Both the position numbers and the translations under genes were made by a program. A stretch of 64,000 nucleotides of DNA from Myxococcales bacterium (GTDB lineage: Bacteria > Desulfobacterota > Binatia > HRBIN30): contig JBBILD010000001.1 in NCBI GenBank assembly GCA_037445065.1, forward strand, positions 160,001 to 224,000. Direction: 5' to 3'. The notes beneath the pieces are model-generated. The model searched no databases. It worked only from the letters and a program-made list of their open reading frames with translations, and was not told the DNA's origin. This document shows positions 50,188-59,123 of the stretch, in pieces (within the stretch, counting starts at the first letter, position 1; the number at the start of each line of letters is the position of its first letter).

Positions 50188-51954
50188 TCAGAAGCGCGAC
50201 CACCATGGCGCGGTTTCCTGGGAGCGCGCCTCGACGATCACATTGCGTGCCTGCAGCAAGGTTCCCTCGACGCGGCGCAGCTCGGCCAGGTCCATGTTGT
50301 AGCGCGCCAGCGCCTCCGCCTCTGCCGCCTGAGCTTGCGTGAGGCGGGTGGTGTAGTCGAGCAAGTCCTTGGTCGTTGCGAGCCCTACCTCGTACCGGGC
50401 CCGTTGGCTTCGCACGTTCTCCTCGGCGAGTAAACGAGCGGCGCGCGTTGCTTCGATGGCCTTGAGGTCGCTTTCCAGATTACTGACCGCGGTTTTGACT
50501 TCTAACGTCACTGCCTCTTGGAGTTGTTGCAAGGAGAGGTGCGATTGGGAAAGCGCGATGTTTGCTTGCGTGTAATTGGCTTTTGCCTGAGCGTTGGTCA
50601 GCGGGATTTCGATCGTTGCACCAACGGTGTAGTTGTAAAAGCGCCCATCCGGGAGCAATCCGAGTGCATCTCCGTAACCGCCAACGAACGAGGGGTTCAC
50701 TGGGATCACTTGCGGTGGATTGCCAAACGTGACTTTCTGATCCTTGCCCGCGACGCCGTTCACTCCGATGCCAGCCACCAGGTTCAGTTGGGGTAGCAAC
50801 TGGTTCTCGGCTACTTTGCGTTGTAAGGCGCGGGAGCGGACGGCAAGTCGGGCTGCGAGGAGTTCGGGTCGTTGTTCGACGGCGGTCGCGAGACTGCGCT
50901 CGAGATCGATCGGGTAGGCCTCGACTGCCGGTTTCTCGGCACTGTCGATCATCAACAGTACGTTTTCTTCCGGTCCCCGCGCGTTGACAAGTGCGCGCAG
51001 TTGGTCCCTGGCGACCACCACCGCGTTGCGCGCCCGGATCAGTTGGGCCTCGCGGTTGGCGACCTCCGCTTGTGCCTCCAGGACCGCCGTTTGCGGCAAT
51101 GCTCCGACCCGGAACTTGCCTTCGTTCTGCCGCAGTACCTCTCTTGCGAGCGCCAAACCTTGCTCCTGTACGCGCACGTTTTCTTGCGCGAGCACCAAGC
51201 CCCAGTACGCACGCTCGACTTGCGCGATGAGATTCGAAATCGCCGCAACATACTGGTGGTAAGCGGATTCTTCCTGGGCCACGGCCGCGTCAACCAATAA
51301 AAGGGAGTAACGCCAGCCAAAATTCTGCAAGAGAGGTTGCACCAAATTGACGCTTAGGTTGGTCGTGTACAGGGGTACGAGCGGGTTGGCGAGCGAGGGA
51401 TTGGTGACCCGGCGGTTATTGCTGAACTGAACCGAGATCTGGCCGCCGGTGAGTAAGGTTTTCCGTAAGCCCGCGTTGAGCGTGAAGTTCTGATTGAACA
51501 ACCTGGGTGATCCGCCGGCGAACAGAATCGTTGTTGCCGGCTGGGTGGCTCGGTCACGGGTAAGATTCGCGAATGCCTTCGGATCGAAGATCGCTCGCGC
51601 TTGCCGTACGGCGGCGCGAGCGGTGAGCGGGTTTAAGCGCTGGATTTGCAGGGAAGTATTGTTTTGCAGCGCCAACGCAATGCACTGTGCCAAAGTGGTC
51701 GGTTGCATGCGCGCTTCGAGCAGGAGACCGTAATGAGAAAGATCCTCTTCCGCCGCACGCGCGTCCTCGGGTAACTCGCCACTCCATTGGTTCTTCAGCA
51801 CCTCGGCGAGATTTGGGATTTGATCCAGCAGCTCGACCGCCCGCAGAGTGGGGCTAGGAACTTCCCCCACGGAGATGGATTCGCGCGGCTCTGTGGCGAT
51901 CGCGCCTGCGCCCCATAGGAACGCCACCACCGTGATCAGCCACCTTCCTTTCAT
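50188..51954 (-). CDS. TolC-family outer membrane factor (long form)
   Basis: TLAQCIALALQNN, QPLLQNFG, RPEL, LLPQLNL, RYEVGLAT. Confidence 0.88.
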   Translation of the reverse strand: MKGRWLITVVAFLWGAGAIATEPRESISVGEVPSPTLRAVELLDQIPNLAEVLKNQWSGELPEDARAAEEDLSHYGLLLEARMQPTTLAQCIALALQNNTSLQIQRLNPLTARAAVRQARAIFDPKAFANLTRDRATQPATTILFAGGSPRLFNQNFTLNAGLRKTLLTGGQISVQFSNNRRVTNPSLANPLVPLYTTNLSVNLVQPLLQNFGWRYSLLLVDAAVAQEESAYHQYVAAISNLIAQVERAYWGLVLAQENVRVQEQGLALAREVLRQNEGKFRVGALPQTAVLEAQAEVANREAQLIRARNAVVVARDQLRALVNARGPEENVLLMIDSAEKPAVEAYPIDLERSLATAVEQRPELLAARLAVRSRALQRKVAENQLLPQLNLVAGIGVNGVAGKDQKVTFGNPPQVIPVNPSFVGGYGDALGLLPDGRFYNYTVGATIEIPLTNAQAKANYTQANIALSQSHLSLQQLQEAVTLEVKTAVSNLESDLKAIEATRAARLLAEENVRSQRARYEVGLATTKDLLDYTTRLTQAQAAEAEALARYNMDLAELRRVEGTLLQARNVIVEARSQETAPWWSRF

Positions 51955-51986
51955 CGGCGTCCTCCTTACTCGAGATCGCTCGTTTG

Positions 51987-54900
51987 TCAGGCGCGTACCC
52001 GCCCGTTCCCGCGCGTCCAGGCCAAGTTGCGCGCGCTGTCGAGGGCGGAGCGAACGCGCGCCAAAAGACGCGCCTTCCCAAGATCATCGAACAGCGAGTA
52101 AGCCACCGGTGTGAGCAGCAGGGTTAGGAGCAAGCACAGAGCCTGCCCACCAATGATCACCTTGGCCATCGCAGCGCGAGTTGCGGACCCCGGCCCTTGC
52201 CCCAGAGCGATCGGAATCATGCCAGCAATCAGCATGACCGTCGTCATGAGAATCGGCCGCAGCCGAACGTGGTTCGCCTCGAGAATGGCGGCGTCTCTCT
52301 CCATGCCTTGCGCGCGCAACGTGTTGGTGTAGTCGATTTGCAAGATTCCGTTCTTCTTGACGATCCCGAAGAGCATGAACAAGCCGAGAACACTGTAAAT
52401 GTTCAGCGTGTCGCCCAGCATCAGTAAGGAGAGCAAGGCAAAGGGGACGGAGAGCGGCAGCGCCAACAGGATCGTGATCGGGTGCAACAGGCTTTCGAAC
52501 TGAGCAGCCAAAATCATGTACATGAAGATCAAGCTCAGTATGAAAGCGATGGCAAAGTTCGTGCCTGTTTCGCCCAAAGCCTTGGCGCGGCCGCCAAATT
52601 CTGCCCGGTACGTAGGAGGCAGATCGAGCTCCTGGATCCGGTGCTGGATCTTCGCGATGGCTTCGGAAAGCGCGAGCCCCTGCAAGTTCGCCACGATCGT
52701 TACTTTACGTTGGCGGCGGAAGTGATCAATTTGTGCCGGCCCGAGAGCCTCGTTGAGGTCCGCGAGGTTGGCGAGCTTGACCAATATCCCGTTGGGCGCC
52801 GACACAGTCAGGTCTCCTAATGCCCGAGGATCCGTGCGGTCCTCCGGCCGTGCCCGCAGCCACACATCGTACTGTTCCTGGCCTTCCTTGAATTTGGTCA
52901 CGGGTTCTCCGCCCACGAAGGTGCGCAGTGTGCTGGCAATATCTTCAACCCGGATTCCGAACTCGGAGGCCTTTTCCCGGTTGATGTGGACGCGCAACTC
53001 TGGTTGGCGCACGGACAGGGTCGTGTCCACATCCACGATGCCGGGGATCTTGCGCATGCCGGCCATGAGTCGCTCGGAGTATTGCTGCAGCTTGTCAATT
53101 TCGGGCCCAGTCAGGTCGATTTCGATTTCTGTGTAGCGCTGCCCGCCGCCCATGAAGAGGTTGATATTCTGCACGCTGGCACGCAAATCGGGGAACTCCC
53201 GCAACAACTTGCGAGCCTCCTCCATGAGCGCAAACTGAGAAATCGAGCGTTGCGCCAAGTCCGTAAGTTTTACGTAAATGGAACCTTCTGTGACTGGACC
53301 CTCGCCCGCGCGCAGGGTGCCACTGGCATCACCAATGGTGGTGAGCAAGTGTTCGACGTACGGGAGCGAGCGCAAGCGCTGCTCGAGCGCAGCAAAAGTC
53401 GCCTCGCTGCGTGCCAGACTGTACCCTTCCGGCGTCTGGACAATCACCTCGAACTCGCTTTGGTCATCCTGTGGCAGGAAGTCTTTGCCCACCCAACGAA
53501 ACAAAGGAACGGTGGATGCCATCGTCATGGCCGATAACACCACGATCACCAACCGATGGTGCAGAGACCAGCGCAGGAGCCGCCCGTAGCCACGATCCAG
53601 GGCGGCGTAAAAACGTTTGGTTCGGCTCTTCTCCAGCCGCTCAGGGTGGAGCTTGAGAAATCGCGCACACAGCATGGGCGTAAGCGTGAACGAGATGAGC
53701 AGGGACACCATGATGGCGCAGGCCACGGTAATGCCGTAGCTATTGAAAAAGCGGCCCACTCGCCCGGACATGAAGGCAACCGGCAAGAAGATCACCACCA
53801 GGGAAAGTGTGGTCGCCATGACCGCGAGGCTGATTTCTTGCGTGGCGGCGGCTGCCGCTTGGCGGGGAGGGATGCCCTTTTCTTCTGCGTACCGGAAAAT
53901 GTTTTCCAGCACGACAACCGCATCGTCAATCACGATGCCGGTGGCCAGCACGAGTCCGAGCATGGTGATATTGTTCAGTGTGAACCCGAGCCACCGCATC
54001 AGTGTAAAGGTGGCGATGATGGAGGTGGGGATCGCGATCGCTGCGATGAGGGTAGCGCGCAGGTTGGCAAGAAATGCCAACACGGTCAGGCTCACTAGCA
54101 GCGCGGCGAGGATGAGATGGAACTGCACTTCCTCGATGGACTTTTTGATGAAGCGCGAGTGATCGCGCACGATTTGCATCTGGATATCAGGTGGCAACAC
54201 CCGAGCCAGCTCGCCAAGGCGCTGTTTGATGCGCTCAATCACCTCGACTGTGTTGGTGCCGCTTTGCTTGCGCACGAGCAGGGAAACCGCGGGCTGCCCG
54301 TCCAGCCGCGCCACTGTACGCGGCTCCACGAATCCATCGGTTACCGTAGCGATGTCGCCCAAAACGATGGGCCTTCCCTGCACGTTGCCGACGATGAGCC
54401 GCTGAAAGTCTTCCACCCGCTCGATCCTGCCCATGGTTCGTAAGGTGAGTTCCTTACTGCCTTGGTCCACGTGCCCACTCGGCAACTCGAGATTCTGGGA
54501 GCGAAGGGCAGAGCGAACTTGCGCGAGGGAAAGGCCGTAAGCCGCGAGCCGCTGGGCGTCGACCGCGACGTTAATGGCCCGCTCTAGGCCGCCGACCAAA
54601 GTGACCGAGCCCACCCCATAAAGCGTCTCGAGGTCTTCCTTGATCAGTTTGCGGGCGATCTCGGTGACTTCGCGCAAGCTGCGCTTTCCGCCCACGGCGA
54701 TGGAGAGAATGGGCGAGGCGTCAACGTCGAACTTCATCACCAACGGCGGGTCGGTACCGGCGGGGAGCTTGGAGGTGATGGCGGCGACTTTGTCGCGCAC
54801 GTCTTGCGCCGCAGCCTCTCGATTTCGTTCCAGTTGGAAGATCACCACCACGTGCGACAAACCTTCCTTCGTGGTCGAGCGCAGTTCTTCGATGCCTTCG

Positions 54901-55121
54901 ATCGTGTTCACTGCTTCTTCGATCACCTTGGTGACGCTCGACTCCATCTCTTCCACACTGGCGCCCTTCAGCGTCGTGTTCACCACCACGATCGGGAAGT
55001 CGATATTGGGAAACAGATCGACCGGTAACTCGCGATAGGAGAAGAGTCCGAGCACGACCAAGAAGGCGATGCCCATGGTGGCGGCAACGGGCCGCCGGAT
55101 GCAGATGTCTACGAGCCTCAC
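51987..55121 (-). CDS. RND efflux permease (AcrB/HAE1-type)
   Basis: FPNIDFP, VIDDAVVVLEN, KKNGIL, RLRPILMTT. Confidence 0.93.
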   Translation of the reverse strand: MRLVDICIRRPVAATMGIAFLVVLGLFSYRELPVDLFPNIDFPIVVVNTTLKGASVEEMESSVTKVIEEAVNTIEGIEELRSTTKEGLSHVVVIFQLERNREAAAQDVRDKVAAITSKLPAGTDPPLVMKFDVDASPILSIAVGGKRSLREVTEIARKLIKEDLETLYGVGSVTLVGGLERAINVAVDAQRLAAYGLSLAQVRSALRSQNLELPSGHVDQGSKELTLRTMGRIERVEDFQRLIVGNVQGRPIVLGDIATVTDGFVEPRTVARLDGQPAVSLLVRKQSGTNTVEVIERIKQRLGELARVLPPDIQMQIVRDHSRFIKKSIEEVQFHLILAALLVSLTVLAFLANLRATLIAAIAIPTSIIATFTLMRWLGFTLNNITMLGLVLATGIVIDDAVVVLENIFRYAEEKGIPPRQAAAAATQEISLAVMATTLSLVVIFLPVAFMSGRVGRFFNSYGITVACAIMVSLLISFTLTPMLCARFLKLHPERLEKSRTKRFYAALDRGYGRLLRWSLHHRLVIVVLSAMTMASTVPLFRWVGKDFLPQDDQSEFEVIVQTPEGYSLARSEATFAALEQRLRSLPYVEHLLTTIGDASGTLRAGEGPVTEGSIYVKLTDLAQRSISQFALMEEARKLLREFPDLRASVQNINLFMGGGQRYTEIEIDLTGPEIDKLQQYSERLMAGMRKIPGIVDVDTTLSVRQPELRVHINREKASEFGIRVEDIASTLRTFVGGEPVTKFKEGQEQYDVWLRARPEDRTDPRALGDLTVSAPNGILVKLANLADLNEALGPAQIDHFRRQRKVTIVANLQGLALSEAIAKIQHRIQELDLPPTYRAEFGGRAKALGETGTNFAIAFILSLIFMYMILAAQFESLLHPITILLALPLSVPFALLSLLMLGDTLNIYSVLGLFMLFGIVKKNGILQIDYTNTLRAQGMERDAAILEANHVRLRPILMTTVMLIAGMIPIALGQGPGSATRAAMAKVIIGGQALCLLLTLLLTPVAYSLFDDLGKARLLARVRSALDSARNLAWTRGNGRVRA

Positions 55122-56203
55122 CGCTGGGCTCCTTCACTTGCCTCGGCTTGTACGGGAGCTGTTCCTTGCACAAGCACGGAGGCGCCATCCTCGAGCCTGC
55201 TCAAGCCGCTAACGGCAACTCGGTCGCCCTCGCAAAGTCCTTTGCGTACCTCGAGCCAACCGTTGGCGAGCCTCTCGCCCAGTTCCACCTCGCGCGCCCA
55301 AGCGCGGTTACCCTCGATTACGAACACGCGATCAATGCCGGCGAAGCGGACAACCGACTCCTGCGGAATGGAAAGTGCAGAGTCGTCCTCACGCACCACG
55401 ATGGCTGCGTTGGCGAAAAACCCGGGCTTCAGTTTGCGCTGGGGGTTGGAGACCAGAGCCTCCACAGTCACCGACCGGTTTTGCGCATTCGAACTGGGAG
55501 CAACCCTGGCCAACTTGCCGGTAAACACTTCTTGCCCGTAGGCATCCACGCGGATTTCTACGGACTGGCCAGAGGCGATCTCTGGCACGAACCGCTCTGG
55601 CACCTCGCCGCGAAGCTTGAGTGGATCGAGCACGACCAACGCAAACAATGGAGATCCCGGGCGAACGTACTCACCGGCGGACACAAACCTCTTGGCAACC
55701 GAAGCGCGCAGAGGGGAGGTGACCCGTGCGTGCCGCAAGGTCACGGCTAGGCTATCGCGCTGGGCCTGGGCCACGTCAGCCGCCGTTTTGCGCTGCTCGT
55801 ACTCCTGCGGCGAAATGATCTGTCCAGTGACAAGCTGGCGGGCCCGCACCTCGTCCGCGCGCGCCTTCGCCAAGTTTGCTTCCGCCTCGCGCAAGCGAGC
55901 CTGCCAAAGATCGTCATCAATCTCTGCGAGCAGAGCACCGGCCTCGATTTCGTCTGCAACGTCCGCGTAAAGCCGCTGCACCTGCCCTTCGACTTGGCTC
56001 GACAGAGTCACCTCGTCGTGCCCGTACAGCGTTCCGACGAAATGCACCTTCCGCTGCACTCTTTGGAGAACCACCTGCGCGATACGCACAGGCACCGCGC
56101 TCTCTGGTGTTTGCGCGGGAGGGGAAGCCTGAGAGGACCCCGCCCGACCACAGGCTGCAGAGAGCGACAAACTGAGCAACAAAGGGATGACAAACTGGCG
56201 CAT
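55118..56203 (-). CDS. RND membrane fusion protein (lipoprotein)
   Basis: SAAC lipobox, SQVEG, GEYVRPG, LKPGFF. Confidence 0.9.
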   Translation of the reverse strand: MRQFVIPLLLSLSLSAACGRAGSSQASPPAQTPESAVPVRIAQVVLQRVQRKVHFVGTLYGHDEVTLSSQVEGQVQRLYADVADEIEAGALLAEIDDDLWQARLREAEANLAKARADEVRARQLVTGQIISPQEYEQRKTAADVAQAQRDSLAVTLRHARVTSPLRASVAKRFVSAGEYVRPGSPLFALVVLDPLKLRGEVPERFVPEIASGQSVEIRVDAYGQEVFTGKLARVAPSSNAQNRSVTVEALVSNPQRKLKPGFFANAAIVVREDDSALSIPQESVVRFAGIDRVFVIEGNRAWAREVELGERLANGWLEVRKGLCEGDRVAVSGLSRLEDGASVLVQGTAPVQAEASEGAQR

Positions 56204-56213
56204 AGAACCGAAC

Positions 56214-56849
56214 CTATTCACTGCTGCCCGCGAGCGCTGCGCGGGCCCGGACGCGGCGCTCAGACCCCGGGCGCTTCTGGAGTCCGAACAAAAAGAGCTG
56301 CGCAACCGTCTCGGCCACTTCCTCCGGCCGGTCCGAGTCGAGACGGTAAACGCAAACGCTGCGGATCATACCGAGAAAAGCCTCCGTGGCTAGCCGCGCA
56401 TTCAGCCGGGCTGCCTCGCCGCGCACGGCCGCCCGCCGGATGACCTCGCTCAGCATGCGCACAATCTCGCTACGACGTGCTTGCCACTCCGCGCGCTCGT
56501 GGTCCTTCAACTTCGGCTCCAAGCGATGCAGCAGCACGAAAAAATCGCGCTTGCGCCAGAAATAGCCAATCAGCGTACGAGCCAGGCGGGCAATCGTTTC
56601 TGGGAGCGGCGTGTTTTTTTGGAGCACGGCAGTGACCGTTGCATGCAACTCGGTCAGACCTTCTCCGATGGCGGCCAGGTACAGCTCCTCCTTGGAGCGG
56701 AAGTAGCGGTACAACGTGCCCTTGCCGATCCCAGCTCGCGCCGCGATCTCGTCCGTCAGGACCTCGTGAAAATCCGCGTGCGCAAACACCTCCTCCGCCG
56801 CTTTGACGATGGCTTGCCGAGTGGCATCACTTTTTTTTCTGCCGGCCAT
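56214..56849 (-). CDS. TetR/AcrR-family regulator
   Basis: EIAARAGIGKGTLYRYFRSKEEL. Confidence 0.95.
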   Translation of the reverse strand: MAGRKKSDATRQAIVKAAEEVFAHADFHEVLTDEIAARAGIGKGTLYRYFRSKEELYLAAIGEGLTELHATVTAVLQKNTPLPETIARLARTLIGYFWRKRDFFVLLHRLEPKLKDHERAEWQARRSEIVRMLSEVIRRAAVRGEAARLNARLATEAFLGMIRSVCVYRLDSDRPEEVAETVAQLFLFGLQKRPGSERRVRARAALAGSSE

Positions 56850-56863
56850 GGTTTGTTTCCAGC

Positions 56864-56893
56864 ATTGTGAAACGGACTAGTCCGTTTCACAAT
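56864..56893. promoter_or_regulatory. Perfect 30-bp palindrome, probable TetR operator
   Basis: ATTGTGAAACGGACT|AGTCCGTTTCACAAT, 14 nt upstream of the tetR ATG. Confidence 0.85.
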
Positions 56894-56916
56894 ACCAGGG
56901 ACCGGCGTTGTGTCAA
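56889..56916 (-). promoter_or_regulatory. Sigma-70 promoter of the tetR-efflux operon
   Basis: Minus strand TTGACA-N16-TATTGT with TG extended -10; the -10 overlaps the palindrome. Confidence 0.6.
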
Positions 56917-57012
56917 TGCGGCGTGGTGTTAGCCAGCCGAGCGAGGTGCGGCTCGCGAGCAGGCGCGAGTTGTGCCGGTCATTCGATGCTCGCCCGGTAA
57001 AAAGGGCGCGGC

Positions 57013-58200
57013 TCAGCCCGTTGCAGCGAAGGGAACGTGATCGAAGCCGTGCACGTTGCTCATGTGAGCGCGCACGCAACGAGCTTCGTCCACCTCGTAC
57101 GCTGGGAACCGAATGAGGAATTCTTCGAGCGCAACCCGGGCCTCGAGACGAGCCAGCGCCGCCCCTAGGCAAAAGTGCACCCCGTAGCCAAAGCCCAGAT
57201 GTTGCGAGATCGTGCGGTCGATATCGAAGCGATCCGGGTCGGGAAACTCGCGCGGGTCGCGGTTCGCGGCACCGGTGAGAAGCAAGATGCGGGCTCCCTC
57301 CGGCACGGTTTGTCCATACCAGTCAACAGCGCGGGTCAGAGTTCGCCCTTGATACTGCGAGGGCGGCCAAAAACGAAGCACCTCCTCGATGGCTTGCGGG
57401 ATCTTACCAGGAGAAGCGCATAGTTTTTCCCACTCGCTGCGAAAGCGGCAAAACAGCACCGCCGCATTGCCCAGCAGGCGGGTTACCGTTTCGTTCCCGG
57501 CTGCCCCGAGTAGGGCACAAAAGCCCGCGATCTCTCCATCCGTCAAGCGCGTTGGCTGGCCATTCTCGTCTTCCACTTGCGCGTCGATCAAGGATGCGAT
57601 CAGGCCAGGCTGCGGCCGCTTTCGGTACTCCCCGACTAGTTGAAACCAGTAGCGCACCAGGTGCATGCTGGCCTCGATGGCCCGTGCCGGAATCGACGGA
57701 CTGCCATGATCCCGCTCGAGCGCCGCATCCATCCAGCGGCGCAAGGGTACGCGGTCCTGAGACGGTACCCCGAGCAGGGTGAAAATCACCTCGCGTGGTA
57801 AGGGCGCGGCAAAATCAGCAATGAAGTCACCCTCCCCAGCGCGAACCAACGGTTCGAGCAACTCCCGTGTCAGGGAGCGCACAAAGGGCTCGAGTTCGGC
57901 GATGCGGCGCGGAGTGAAGACGCTACTCACCAGTTTGCGCAGCCGGTCATGACGAGGCGGGTCCATGAAGATCATCATCGGGGTCAGTTCGAATAGAGTC
58001 GTATCGATCCGCTCGAGGGTGACCCCGTCGCGCGAGCTGTAGGTCTTCCAATCGAGGGAGGCCTGAAGCACGTCGCGAAAGCGGGCTAGAGCATAAAAGT
58101 CGAGGTTCGGGTTGTAATACAGAGGCTCGTGTTCGAGGAGGTAACGGTACACTGGGTAGGGGTTATCATGAAACTCGTACGAGAACGGATTGAGTTCCAT
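57013..58200 (-). CDS. Cytochrome P450
   Basis: DPPRHDRLR, AGNET, EEVLR (ExxR), FGYGVHFCLG heme motif. Confidence 0.96.
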   Translation of the reverse strand: MELNPFSYEFHDNPYPVYRYLLEHEPLYYNPNLDFYALARFRDVLQASLDWKTYSSRDGVTLERIDTTLFELTPMMIFMDPPRHDRLRKLVSSVFTPRRIAELEPFVRSLTRELLEPLVRAGEGDFIADFAAPLPREVIFTLLGVPSQDRVPLRRWMDAALERDHGSPSIPARAIEASMHLVRYWFQLVGEYRKRPQPGLIASLIDAQVEDENGQPTRLTDGEIAGFCALLGAAGNETVTRLLGNAAVLFCRFRSEWEKLCASPGKIPQAIEEVLRFWPPSQYQGRTLTRAVDWYGQTVPEGARILLLTGAANRDPREFPDPDRFDIDRTISQHLGFGYGVHFCLGAALARLEARVALEEFLIRFPAYEVDEARCVRAHMSNVHGFDHVPFAATG

Positions 58201-58449
58201 CGCACGGTTGCTGTACCACGGAGCGAAAAATCACCACAAGCCTCGGGGGAGGCGGAGCCCCGCGACCTGTGGATGAAGAGGGCGCACCCTGGGGCAGACG
58301 GGATTTTCATGGTACCTCGGGCGAAAAAACGCAGGCCGCCGCGAGTCGTTGGAGTCGGTTCGAGGTAACGGTACGCGGAGCGCAACCTGCCCAGGTAGGC
58401 CTCCGTTACGGGAGGGGTAGAGGCAGCTCCACGGGTATAAGGCTTACCC

Positions 58450-59022
58450 TTAGTTCGAAAGCCGAGTGCGCTGCCCCGTTTTCTTGCCCCGTTCTTTTGC
58501 TTGCTCGAGACGGGCCCGTTCCGCGCGCAGCCGGCGGCGGATCGAGGGGGCGAGGACCACCTTGTGTTGGCGACCGACGACTCGGTGCTGGTTGGCCAGC
58601 GCCGCGGCGCCGGTGGTCCCAGTCTGTTCACCGCGAATTTGGAACACGCGCAAGCGGTAGCGCAGCGCAGCCGCATCGATCCCCAACACAGAACAAATGT
58701 TTTCGTAAGAAAACGGCCAAGATGGGTCGGACTTGGCGATCCACGCCTCGGCTTCTCGCACCAGGCGTCTTGGGTTACGGCCAGCGCGGCCAGCGTACTT
58801 CAGGATCGTGTATACGGCATCTTCTAGGACCGCGAGCATCAAGCGTTGCTCTGGTGAGCTGATTCTGCAGGAAAGCGGCAAGTAGAACTGGTCGGGCAAG
58901 AGGATTTCGCTCGTGATCAGCGCTTTCGCTCCGGTTGCGGTGTGTGCGCCAACGTCTTGAATGGCAATTGCGTGCTCGACGCCAACAGGATCGGTCCCGC
59001 CGGGGAGGATTTTTCCTGACAT
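58450..59022 (-). CDS. Hypothetical protein with HTH-like segment and basic tail (start uncertain)
   Basis: PEQRLMLAVLEDA, AEAWI, WPFSYENICSVLGIDAAALR. Confidence 0.72.
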   Translation of the reverse strand: MSGKILPGGTDPVGVEHAIAIQDVGAHTATGAKALITSEILLPDQFYLPLSCRISSPEQRLMLAVLEDAVYTILKYAGRAGRNPRRLVREAEAWIAKSDPSWPFSYENICSVLGIDAAALRYRLRVFQIRGEQTGTTGAAALANQHRVVGRQHKVVLAPSIRRRLRAERARLEQAKERGKKTGQRTRLSN

Positions 59023-59065
59023 GATGCCAACTGGGGACGGAAAAAGCCCCACTTTTATGGCAAGC

Positions 59066-59100
59066 AAAAAAACAGGGCACCCGGTTACCCGAGTGCCCTG
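59066..59100 (-). terminator. Intrinsic terminator after the large secreted protein gene
   Basis: Minus strand CAGGGCACTCGG-GTAA-CCGGGTGCCCTG then T7. Confidence 0.88.
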
Positions 59101-59123
59101 CGGAGCATTGGTCCTGTCCGCGA

